This document shows, in pieces, positions 38,849 to 47,504 of a stretch of DNA of 64,000 bases (its first letter is position 1; every line of letters starts with the position of its first letter). Source of the DNA: Longimicrobiales bacterium (GTDB taxonomy: Bacteria; Gemmatimonadota; Gemmatimonadetes; Longimicrobiales; Gaopeijiaceae). The DNA is taken from NCBI GenBank assembly GCA_965116905.1, contig OZ220732.1:2304001-2368000 (forward strand), given 5' to 3'. The notes under the pieces are model-generated. The model was not told the DNA's origin and did no database searches. It saw only the letters and a program-made list of their open reading frames with translations. The position numbers and the translations under genes are program-made.

Positions 38849-40624
38849 CTAATCCCACCCCACCTGCCCCTGTCCCCCCGCCGACTCCACCCGAATCATC
38901 AGGATGTCGATGTCGTGGTACTGCTGGTGGCGGATCGATGACGCGTAGTGCCGCAACAGCCGCAGCGGTATCTCGGCCTCCGCGGGGACGCTGACCGCCG
39001 CCTCGCTGAGCATCGCCAACTGATCCTCGATGTTGGTCTCGTCCGTGGTCGCGATGAACTCCAGATCGGCGGCCTTCCCGTCGGCGCGGGCGATCAGCAG
39101 CAGGCGCCGGTCGCGGTCCGCCGCCTCTGCGTCGTCACCTGTCAGGATGTGCATCGTCTCTTCACCCACGGCGCGCAGCCGCGTCTCCATCTCGTCCCCC
39201 CAGCCCTTCCGTCGGGCGGCGAAATCGGCGAGGAACGCGTCGACTTCGGGCCACGTCTCGGCGGTCAGGCGGGTCTTGAGGCGCGCCCGGCCCCCACCGG
39301 CGAACTCCCCGACCATCGTCAGCAGGATCACGGTCAGGCCACCGACGGTCATGCCGTTGCCGAGCAGCTCGCCCCAGGCCCCCGACAGGTACTCCGGGTA
39401 GACCCAGTCGAACTGGAAGGCGATGCCGAGCCAGAACGCGACGCCGACCACGAGGCCCTTTCGGTGGTCCAGTCCTTCCGACAGCAGGATCTTCATCCCG
39501 AAGACGAAGATGACCGCAACGATGATCACGTAGTAGGCCGCGACTACCGGCCCGGGAATCGCGACGAGCAGCGAGACGAATTTGGGGAGGAAGGCGAACA
39601 CGACGAACACGGCACCGACGCAGACTCCGATGCGGCGCGCGGCGACTCCGGTCAGTTCGGCCACGGCGATGCTCATTCCGTAGGTAGTGTTCGGAACGGT
39701 GCCGGCCAGGCCCGACAGAAGATTGCCCACGCCGTCGGCGCCGATTGCGCCCTGAATCGAGCGGAAGTCGATCGCGCGGGGCTTGCGCCACGAGACCCGC
39801 TGAATCGCGATGCTGTCTCCGAGCGTGTCCATCGCGCCCACGAGCGTCACCATGATGAAGGACGGCAGCAGGGCCCAGAACTCCGGCCGGAAGCTGAGGT
39901 CGACCCCGGGATAGGCCAGATCCGGCAGGCCGATCCAGGCGGCCTCGGCAACGGTGGTCATGTCGTAGATGCCGAAGCCCAGGCCTGCGGTCAGGCCCCC
40001 GGCGGCAATACCGATCGCGGGCGCCCACAGCCGCAGCACACCCGAGAAACGTAGCGGGATGAGCAGCGTGACGAGCAGCGTGACGCCTGCTGTCACCGGT
40101 CCGGCGGCCGGATGCGCGCCCGCGGGCACCTCGGCCAGCTTTTGAATGATGAGTGGGGTGAGCGTAATCGGGATGAGAATCAGGACGGTGCCCGCGACCG
40201 TTGGCGTGAAGATCTTCCGCAGCAGCGCCATCCGTGCCGCCAGGACGAACTGAATCAGCGACGAGGCGATGATGAGGGTCGCGAGCATCCCCGGCCCGCC
40301 CTGCTGGATGGCGGACACGCTCACGGCGAGAAACGCGCCGGTGCTTCCCATGACGAGGATGTAGCCGGCCCCGATGCGCCCGAACTTGCGAGCCTGGATG
40401 GCCGTCGTGAGCCCGCTGATGATCAGCGCCGCGAACACCGCCCAGGACAGGTACTCGTCGCTTCCTCCCGCGACGGTGATCATGATCATCGGGGTCAGCA
40501 CGATGCTGGCCAGGCAGATCATTGCGTACTGCACGCCGAGCCCGATGGTGATGGGCAGCGGGGGCCGTTCGTCAGGCTCGTAGCGGACGTCCTGGCGGGC
40601 GTGCGCCGGGCTTGAGCTGCTCAT
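38849..40624 (-). CDS. NCS2 (xanthine/uracil) permease with C-terminal degenerate HATPase/RsbW-like domain
   Basis: YEPDERPP, GLTTAIQ, FTPTVAG, ADGVGNLLSGLAGTVPNTTY, FLPK; about 130-aa soluble tail (RAVGEE...LRLLRHYASSIRH). ATG overlaps the upstream stop. Confidence 0.85.
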   Translation of the reverse strand: MSSSSPAHARQDVRYEPDERPPLPITIGLGVQYAMICLASIVLTPMIMITVAGGSDEYLSWAVFAALIISGLTTAIQARKFGRIGAGYILVMGSTGAFLAVSVSAIQQGGPGMLATLIIASSLIQFVLAARMALLRKIFTPTVAGTVLILIPITLTPLIIQKLAEVPAGAHPAAGPVTAGVTLLVTLLIPLRFSGVLRLWAPAIGIAAGGLTAGLGFGIYDMTTVAEAAWIGLPDLAYPGVDLSFRPEFWALLPSFIMVTLVGAMDTLGDSIAIQRVSWRKPRAIDFRSIQGAIGADGVGNLLSGLAGTVPNTTYGMSIAVAELTGVAARRIGVCVGAVFVVFAFLPKFVSLLVAIPGPVVAAYYVIIVAVIFVFGMKILLSEGLDHRKGLVVGVAFWLGIAFQFDWVYPEYLSGAWGELLGNGMTVGGLTVILLTMVGEFAGGGRARLKTRLTAETWPEVDAFLADFAARRKGWGDEMETRLRAVGEETMHILTGDDAEAADRDRRLLLIARADGKAADLEFIATTDETNIEDQLAMLSEAAVSVPAEAEIPLRLLRHYASSIRHQQYHDIDILMIRVESAGGQGQVGWD

Positions 40625-42111
40625 CCGGGGCGCCACAACTCGGGGTGAGTCTCCAGCCTGTCCACCGCTTCCCGCAGCACTTCAAGCGCCAGTTCGATGG
40701 TGTCGAGGTGAGTGCGAAACGCGAGAGCCGCCATCCGCAACATGAACGTGTCCCCGACGGTTGTGGAGGACATGAAGACGCGGCCGTCGCGGTGCGTCTC
40801 CTCGACGAGTGCCTGGTTGAACGCGTTTGCGCTGCCTGACTCCGGCACCCACCGGAAGGTCACCACGGTGAGATCCAGGTTCGGCCCCACCTCGAATCCG
40901 AGTGACTTGACCTCGCGGTGGAAGTACTTCGCCAGTTCGAGCTTCTCACGCAGGCACGCCCGGAACGGCTCCTCGCCGTGCAGCAGCAGCGGCAGCCAGA
41001 CGCGGAGCGCGCGGAAGTGCTTGGTCAGCTCGGGCGATACGGCGGCGGGCGAACGGCCTCCCCCCTCCGACTCGACCGTGTCCTGCAGGTAGCTGGCGTA
41101 GTAGGCGTGCGCGTCCTGCAGCGCGTCGCGGTTCTGGACCAGGACGGCACCCGTTCCGTACGGCAGGAACATCCCCTTATGGGGGTCGAGGACCACCGAG
41201 TCCGAGCGCTCCAGGCCGGCGAGCGCGGGCCGGAACTCCGGGAGCAGCGCGAAGAAGCCGCCGTACGCCGCGTCGACGTGGAACCACAGGTCCTCCCGCT
41301 CGGCGATGTCGGCGATGCGGTCCAGCGGATCGATCGCGCCCGTGTCGGCGGTGCCGGCCGAGCCGAGGACGAGCCAGGGCCGCAGACCGCGGGCCCGGTC
41401 CGCCGCGACGAGTTCGGAGAGCGAGTCGGGACAGAGGCGGAAGCCGTCGTCCACCGCGACATCGCGCTTTACCGTCTCGCCCATTCCGGCCACGCGGATC
41501 GCCTTGTGCACGCACTGGTGAATGTGGGGCGTGGCGTACACCACGGCCCGCTCGAAATCACGGGCCCGCAGCCCGGCCGCCTCGCGGGCTGCAACGATTG
41601 CGGTCAGGCTCGCGATGGACCCGCCCGAGGCAAGGTTGCCGTCCGCGCTCTCCGGATATCCGACGAGCCGCGCCATCCACTCGAGTACCAGGTCCTCCAT
41701 CTCGACGGATCCGGGCCCCACAAAGCGGACGCCCGCGTATTCGTTCGTTACCGCCGCGAGGTAGTCGGCGAGCGACGAGGCGTAGATTCCGCCCCCGGGG
41801 ATGTAGCCCAGATGGCCCTGGTGGGAAGGCAGGAGCCCCGGCCGCACGACGGACCGGTCGAAGCGGTCGATGAGTTGCTCGATGGGGCGGGTCTCGTGTC
41901 CCAGGTCGAGCCGTCGGAGTTCCGAGACCGCCGACTTGTCGTGGTTGTACGCCGGCGCCTCCGGCAGGGCGCTCAGGAGTTGCTGGGCGTACCCGTGGGC
42001 CGCGCGCATGAGCCGGTCCCGGCCGGCCGAGTCCGGGTCCAGCGACCGCGCCGCCTCCTCCAATTCGAGAATCCGCCTGGACGCTGCCGGGCGGGTCACG
42101 CGCACCGTCAC
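40621..42111 (-). CDS. PLP-dependent decarboxylase, group II (aromatic-L-amino-acid decarboxylase-like)
   Basis: LGYIPGGG, SGGSIA, AGTADTGAIDPL, WFHVDAAYGG, DSVVLDPHKGMFLPYGTG; GTG 42111 overlaps the LanC-like stop. Confidence 0.9.
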   Translation of the reverse strand: MTVRVTRPAASRRILELEEAARSLDPDSAGRDRLMRAAHGYAQQLLSALPEAPAYNHDKSAVSELRRLDLGHETRPIEQLIDRFDRSVVRPGLLPSHQGHLGYIPGGGIYASSLADYLAAVTNEYAGVRFVGPGSVEMEDLVLEWMARLVGYPESADGNLASGGSIASLTAIVAAREAAGLRARDFERAVVYATPHIHQCVHKAIRVAGMGETVKRDVAVDDGFRLCPDSLSELVAADRARGLRPWLVLGSAGTADTGAIDPLDRIADIAEREDLWFHVDAAYGGFFALLPEFRPALAGLERSDSVVLDPHKGMFLPYGTGAVLVQNRDALQDAHAYYASYLQDTVESEGGGRSPAAVSPELTKHFRALRVWLPLLLHGEEPFRACLREKLELAKYFHREVKSLGFEVGPNLDLTVVTFRWVPESGSANAFNQALVEETHRDGRVFMSSTTVGDTFMLRMAALAFRTHLDTIELALEVLREAVDRLETHPELWRPG

Positions 42112-43508
42112 CACGGATCGTCCGGGAGCACCACGCGAGGACCCTCGCCGCGCTCCTCCATGGCGTCCATGTGCAGGAAGTACTTTCCGACGCCGGCGGC
42201 GCCCTGCATGTGCCCGGTCTGCGCAACGAGCAGTTCCGGCTGCACGCGGTGCTCGGCCTGGGTCCACTTGCGGCCGCTGCCACCGGGTCTGTCGACGGTG
42301 GTCGCACGGTGGACGAGGTCGGCGTTCAGGCGGTCGGCGAAGGCTCTGTATTCGGCCTTGCCGGTGGTGCGGTGCAGGGTCAGGAAGTGCTCCGCGGCCC
42401 CCGCTGTGCCACAGCACTGGCTGATGTTCTCCCAGAAGCCGGGGGCGCGCCGCTCCGGGATGCCCGTGGCCATGACCCCGCGTGCGCCGCGGGCGACCCA
42501 GTCGTGCCATTCGGGGTCGCCGGTGATCTCGCCGAGCTGGTGGAAGAGGCGGTTGGTGCCGACCGGGCCGTGGCACCACGAGAGGTAGTGGAGGTCTTCG
42601 CCGCCGGGGCGGGAGTGGAAGATGCGGTAGCCGTCGTCCAGGGTGGCCTGCGAGGTGAGGTAATGGCCGCCGGCCAACGCGGCCTCCAGGAAGTCGCGCT
42701 CTCCGGTGGCGCGGTGCAGGGTGGCGAGGAAGTATGCGATGCCGGCGGTGCCGTGCGAGAAGTTGGGCATCTCGCGGGCGTAGCCGGGCCACATGTCCCA
42801 GCGCAGGCCGGTGTCTGTCTCGATGGCGCGACCGAGGAGCCTCCTTCCCGCCCCCTCCGCAGCCTCCAGCGCGTTGTCGTAGCGGAGTGTGCGGCCGAGT
42901 TGGAGGAGTGCGAGACCGGTGCCGGCCGTGCCGCTGATGATGTCGTTGGATTCGATGGCGTCGCTGCCGGACCCGCGAGGCCAGGCGACACCCGGGCCCA
43001 CGCGGCGGGCCCGGTCGATCAACCGGGAGGTGGCGCCCGCGGCGGTGATGCGGTCGGACTCCCGGCCGGTTGCGCGCGCCGTCTCGGCGAGGACGAAAGC
43101 GATGCCCGCGAGCCCGGTGTAGAGGCCGGCGTCCTGAACGTCGTCGAGTCTGGCGGCCAGGTGCGCCGCGCCCTGGGCTGCCGCGTCCAGATACTGCTCG
43201 TTGCCGGTCGCGTGGTGGAGTTCCAGCGCGAACTGGATGACGCCCGGCGAGTGTGTATACAGTGTGTAACCGACGGATTCCGGATCGGTGGGGTCGGCGG
43301 GCCAGGTGGCGCCGTCGGGGGTGTCGATGCGGGCGGCGTCGACCCACCGCCAGGCCTCCATCGCGAGTTGCAGCCATGGACGCTCGGCCGCGGGATGCTG
43401 CCCGAACGCGCGGAGCAGGCCCGGCGAGAGGGCAGCGGCCGCCGCGGCCCCCGCCGTCGCGGAGATGAAGGTCCGTCGGGACGGCCGGTTGACACACAAT
43501 TCGCACAT
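42108..43508 (-). CDS. LanC-like (lanthionine synthetase C) protein with Tat signal peptide
   Basis: SRRTFI twin-arginine signal; GLYTGLAG, ISGTAG, FSHGTAG, WCHGPVG, QCCGTAG, MQGAAG repeats; AGGAGG RBS before ATG 43508. Confidence 0.88.
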   Translation of the reverse strand: MCELCVNRPSRRTFISATAGAAAAAALSPGLLRAFGQHPAAERPWLQLAMEAWRWVDAARIDTPDGATWPADPTDPESVGYTLYTHSPGVIQFALELHHATGNEQYLDAAAQGAAHLAARLDDVQDAGLYTGLAGIAFVLAETARATGRESDRITAAGATSRLIDRARRVGPGVAWPRGSGSDAIESNDIISGTAGTGLALLQLGRTLRYDNALEAAEGAGRRLLGRAIETDTGLRWDMWPGYAREMPNFSHGTAGIAYFLATLHRATGERDFLEAALAGGHYLTSQATLDDGYRIFHSRPGGEDLHYLSWCHGPVGTNRLFHQLGEITGDPEWHDWVARGARGVMATGIPERRAPGFWENISQCCGTAGAAEHFLTLHRTTGKAEYRAFADRLNADLVHRATTVDRPGGSGRKWTQAEHRVQPELLVAQTGHMQGAAGVGKYFLHMDAMEERGEGPRVVLPDDPW

Positions 43509-43534
43509 GCCGGTTGCCTCCTGGGAATCTGCCC

Positions 43535-46500
43535 TCAGTTCCCGGTCGTGTTCGCCACGCCGGGCAACTCGCCCGGCTCGTCGTCCCACCACCACAGCGG
43601 CGCGACTTCGCGGTCGCCCGGATGAATCTCGGCGAGCGTGTCGGCGTCGTACAGGCGCCCGTTCATCATCACCATGTGGATGCGGTTGGTGTTGCGGATG
43701 TCGTCCAGCGGGTTTGCGTCGAGGATCACCAGGTCCGCCAGCTTGCCGGCCTCGATCGTGCCCAGATCCTCGTCGAGCCCGATCGCCTCGGCGCCCATGA
43801 TGGTCGCCATGCGGATCGCGTCGAGTTCGCCGATGCCGCCTGCCGCCATCGCCCACAGCTCCCAGTGGTATCCCAGCCCCTGCAGCTGGCCGTGGCTGCC
43901 CACGCCCGCCCGCCCTCCCGCCTCGACCAGGTCCTTGACGAAAAGGGCGTGATCGGCAAAGACGTGCTCGTCGTCGCGGAACCACTGGCCGCGGCGTCGG
44001 GTGGAGGCGTCGATCACCGAGTGGGGCACGAACCGGCGCAGCTTGGCGTCGTCGTGCGGGTTCTCGCGGCTGTAGAAGTAGTTCTCGGCCCACGGCCCGC
44101 CGTACGAGACCAGCAGGGTCGGCGAATAGGCGCGCTCCTGCGCCTTGAAGAGCTGCACGTAGTCGTCGTATACGGGGTAGATGGGAATCGAGTGCTCCAG
44201 ACCCGGATAGCCGTCGATCGTCTCGTTGAGGTTCTGGCGGAGGTTGAGCGACCCCTCGGTGGTGGGCATCAGGCCAAGTTCGCGCGCCGCCATGATGATC
44301 CATTGGCGCGACTGGCGGTTCCCGGCCACGTACATCTTGATCGTCTTGGTGTCGAAGTAGTTGGCGTACTTGGAGAGGATGTCGCGCGCCTCGTCTTCGG
44401 AATCGATCATGTGCTGCCAGAAGACGCCGGGACCGGTGGAGTAGACGCGGGGGCCGACGAGGTCGCCGGTGCGGACGAGGTCGGCGTAGCTGAGTACGTC
44501 GGTCGTGCCGGTCTGCGGGTCGCGCGTGGTGGTGACGCCGTAGGCGAGATTCGCCAGGTAGGGCCAGACATCGGCGCGGTGCAGGTTGCGGGCGGGGCGC
44601 ATGTGGGCGTGGGTGTCGACGAAGCCCGGCACGATGGTCTTGCCCGCGAGGTCGATTACGCGGGCGTCGGCGGGCGCGTCGAGTGAGCCGGAGGGCCCCA
44701 CCGCGGCGATACGGTTGTCGCGCACCAGGATGTCGCCCCGCTCGATCACCCCCGCGCCGGCGACGGTGACGACGCGCGCGCCGGTCAGCAGCGCGGTGCC
44801 GCTGGGGATATCCCGCGCCGCTTCGATTCCGATCCAGACCTCGGCGGGCTCGTAGCCGGGTTCGTCCTGGTCGCTCTCATCCTCCTCCTCCTCCTCGCTC
44901 TCCTGTGCGGCCTCCTCGGCCTCGCGCGCGGCCTCCTCGAAGGCTTCCGCCGCATCCAGGTCATACGTGAAGAACGCGCGGCCGAGCGACCAGTGCACGG
45001 CCCGGCCGCTTGCCGCCCAGGCGGGGAACTCGCCGCCCATGTCCGTGAGGCGGCGGGCCGGTACGGCGGCGTTGTCCGGGTTGCCGACGTTGATCAGGGG
45101 TGCCTCGCCGCCCACCAGCGGGACGGTCGTGGTGTAGATCTGTCCCTCGATGAGGGCCATGACCTGGTCGCCGCGCGGCGCCATCCGCAGCACCGAGGGC
45201 GTGAGCGCGTTCTGGGATCCTGGCGGCGTGGGGCCGCGCACGCGCACATGCCGGCGCTCGTCGGTCCCGTCCCAGCGAATGGAGACCAGGATGTCGGGGC
45301 CGCGCTGCAGGTAGATGCGGTCGGCGGAGGGACCATCCATGCCGCCTGCGCCATGGCTTCCGCCCACCCCCTCGGCGAAGTGGGGTCCGCCGCGGCCGTC
45401 GACGGGGGCGATCACGGTGGCTGTGCCCGGCCCGCCGCCGTCGGCAACCCACACGATTTCGGCGGGGGCCGGCCCTCCCGATCCGAAGCCGCCGGCCGAC
45501 TCCTGGAAGTCGCGCGCGTAGCCTCTGAGCGCCACGATCCGGTCGCCGTCCGGGGACCAGGCCGGCATCACGTACACGGCGGCCATCGTGGTCAGCTGGA
45601 CCGGCGTCCCGCTTCCGTCCGCGCGCGTCTTGAACAGGTGGCCGCCCTCGCCGTCCCAGGTCGCGTAGACGACCCAGCCGCCGTCCGGGGACCACGCCGG
45701 GTAGTGCTCGGACATGTCCGAATCGGTCAGTCGGCGTGGGTCGGAGCCGTCCGCGCCCGCCACCCAGAGGCGGTCCAGTGCGGTGAACGCGATGCGGGAG
45801 CCGTCGGGCGAGGGGACCGCGTCGCGGATCTGCCGGACGGTGAAGGTGGGGGTGTCCTCGATCGGGTAGTCGAAGTCGACGACGGGGCCGAGCGCGAGGT
45901 CGTACCGCACCCGGAACGGGATCTCCTCGGCGCCGCCCTCCTCGATGTCCAGCTTCCAGATCCTGCCGCCGTAGCTGGTCACCAGGTAGCGCGAGTCGGG
46001 GGTGAAGGACATCCCGGGAAGCACATCGAGGGTCGCGCGCGACTCCTGGTCGTCGTGCTGAACGGGGTGGGCGAGCCAGCGTTCGTCGCCGGAAGTGAGG
46101 TCGCGGATCCGCAGCCCCGTGCGCGCATCGTGGCGCGTGCCGTAGACGAGCCAGCGGCCGTCCGGGGACAGGGTGGGGCGCACCCCCGACCCGAAGCGCG
46201 AGGTGCGGGTGTAGGTCTGGCCGGTTTCCCTGTCGTACACGGCGAGCTGGTACTGCGGCAGCTGCGCGTTGTACGTCCAGTCGCCGGTGCGCCGCGCGTG
46301 CCAGATGTAGCGGCCCGTGGGGTCGAAGGCGGCCCCGAGCGTCTTCAGGTTCTCGGGCTCGTCGACCAATTGCACGCCGGAGCCCCCGTCCACGTGGTAC
46401 AGCCAGAGCTTCGGCAGGCCGCCGCCGCGGAAGCCTCCCTTGGACGCGACGATGTAGTCACCATCGGGGGACCAGTCGGGCGACTCGGTCCGGTTGGAGG

Positions 46501-46882
46501 CGCCCTCTGTGACCTGGATGGTGTCCGATCCGTCCATTGACATGACCCAGACGTTCTGGCCGCCGCTGCGGTCCGACGTGAAGACGATGCGCGAGCCGTC
46601 GGGCGAAAACCGTGGCTGGGCGTCGAAGGCCATGCCGGAGGTGAGCTGCGTGGCGTCGCCGCCGGTGATCGGGATCGTGAAGAGGTTGCCGAGGTGGTCG
46701 AAGACGATGGTCGTGCCGTCGGGGCTCACGTCCAGCGAGATCCACGAACCGACGGTCATGTCGATCGCGAGCGTGCGGTCGATGGGGAGGGGGAGGGCGG
46801 CGTCCTCGTCGCCGTCGGACTCCTGGGCGAAGATGCCGGCGGGGATGAGGAGCGTGGTGGCGAAGGGGAGGGTCCGCATCAT
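43535..46882 (-). CDS. Exported amidohydrolase with N-terminal PD40/TolB-like beta-propellers
   Basis: Repeated SPDG motifs; PGFVDTHAH, YGVTTTRDP, GLEH, VGSHGQ, GTIEAGKLADLVILDANP. Confidence 0.9.
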   Translation of the reverse strand: MMRTLPFATTLLIPAGIFAQESDGDEDAALPLPIDRTLAIDMTVGSWISLDVSPDGTTIVFDHLGNLFTIPITGGDATQLTSGMAFDAQPRFSPDGSRIVFTSDRSGGQNVWVMSMDGSDTIQVTEGASNRTESPDWSPDGDYIVASKGGFRGGGLPKLWLYHVDGGSGVQLVDEPENLKTLGAAFDPTGRYIWHARRTGDWTYNAQLPQYQLAVYDRETGQTYTRTSRFGSGVRPTLSPDGRWLVYGTRHDARTGLRIRDLTSGDERWLAHPVQHDDQESRATLDVLPGMSFTPDSRYLVTSYGGRIWKLDIEEGGAEEIPFRVRYDLALGPVVDFDYPIEDTPTFTVRQIRDAVPSPDGSRIAFTALDRLWVAGADGSDPRRLTDSDMSEHYPAWSPDGGWVVYATWDGEGGHLFKTRADGSGTPVQLTTMAAVYVMPAWSPDGDRIVALRGYARDFQESAGGFGSGGPAPAEIVWVADGGGPGTATVIAPVDGRGGPHFAEGVGGSHGAGGMDGPSADRIYLQRGPDILVSIRWDGTDERRHVRVRGPTPPGSQNALTPSVLRMAPRGDQVMALIEGQIYTTTVPLVGGEAPLINVGNPDNAAVPARRLTDMGGEFPAWAASGRAVHWSLGRAFFTYDLDAAEAFEEAAREAEEAAQESEEEEEDESDQDEPGYEPAEVWIGIEAARDIPSGTALLTGARVVTVAGAGVIERGDILVRDNRIAAVGPSGSLDAPADARVIDLAGKTIVPGFVDTHAHMRPARNLHRADVWPYLANLAYGVTTTRDPQTGTTDVLSYADLVRTGDLVGPRVYSTGPGVFWQHMIDSEDEARDILSKYANYFDTKTIKMYVAGNRQSRQWIIMAARELGLMPTTEGSLNLRQNLNETIDGYPGLEHSIPIYPVYDDYVQLFKAQERAYSPTLLVSYGGPWAENYFYSRENPHDDAKLRRFVPHSVIDASTRRRGQWFRDDEHVFADHALFVKDLVEAGGRAGVGSHGQLQGLGYHWELWAMAAGGIGELDAIRMATIMGAEAIGLDEDLGTIEAGKLADLVILDANPLDDIRNTNRIHMVMMNGRLYDADTLAEIHPGDREVAPLWWWDDEPGELPGVANTTGN

Positions 46883-46936
46883 GGCATGGCATCCTTGATC
46901 GCACATGGTTTCCGTTGACTCGCGGGCGTAGCGCGT

Positions 46937-46977
46937 CGCGGCGTAACTTGCGGCGCAATACGCGGCGTAATATGCGG
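46937..46977. repeat. 12-bp tandem repeats in the divergent amidohydrolase / DUF2784 promoter region
   Basis: CGCGGCGTAACT, TGCGGCGCAATA, CGCGGCGTAATA, TGCGG. Confidence 0.7.
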
Positions 46978-47034
46978 TCGCGAGTCGCTCGGCGGCTACC
47001 GGGGACGCGATCCCTTCATCCATGTGAGACCACG

Positions 47035-47418
47035 ATGACGGACACTGGGCTCTACCCGCTCTACGACCTCCTGTTCGTCGTGTTCCACACGGCCCTCATC
47101 GTCTTCAACGTGTTCGGCTGGGCCTGGCGAAGAACGCGGCGGGCCCACCTCGTCACCATCTCCGCCACCCTGCTTTCCTGGTTCGGACTCGGAATCGCGT
47201 ACGGGTGGGGGTATTGTCCGCTCACCGACTGGCACTGGCAGGTCAAGCGGGCATTGGGAGAGACCGGCCTGCCGGCGTCGTGGGTGAAGTACTACCTGGA
47301 TCAGGTCACCGGCGTTGCGTGGAACGCGGGGCTCGTCGACGGCCTGGTCGTCGGCACGGCGCTAGCGGCGCTGGTGCTGTCGGTTGTGCTGAACATGCGG
47401 GATCGGCGGCGGGGATGA
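47035..47418 (+). CDS. DUF2784 family membrane protein
   Basis: FHTALIVFNVFGW, YGWGYCPLTDWHW motif. Confidence 0.8.
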   Translation: MTDTGLYPLYDLLFVVFHTALIVFNVFGWAWRRTRRAHLVTISATLLSWFGLGIAYGWGYCPLTDWHWQVKRALGETGLPASWVKYYLDQVTGVAWNAGLVDGLVVGTALAALVLSVVLNMRDRRRG

Positions 47419-47504
47419 GCTTGCGCCCGGGTCTCCAGCCGACAGATTAGCCTTCGTCCCCCTGAAGACAGGGCATCCAGACCCCATACGGAGAGAATTC
47501 GATC

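Noticed and set aside
40621..44303. 961-aa and 731-aa ORFs suggesting large fusions (decarboxylase or LanC with long N-termini)
   Set aside because: The extensions are off-frame readings of the neighbouring genes; RBS and stop/start overlaps support starts at 42111 and 43508.
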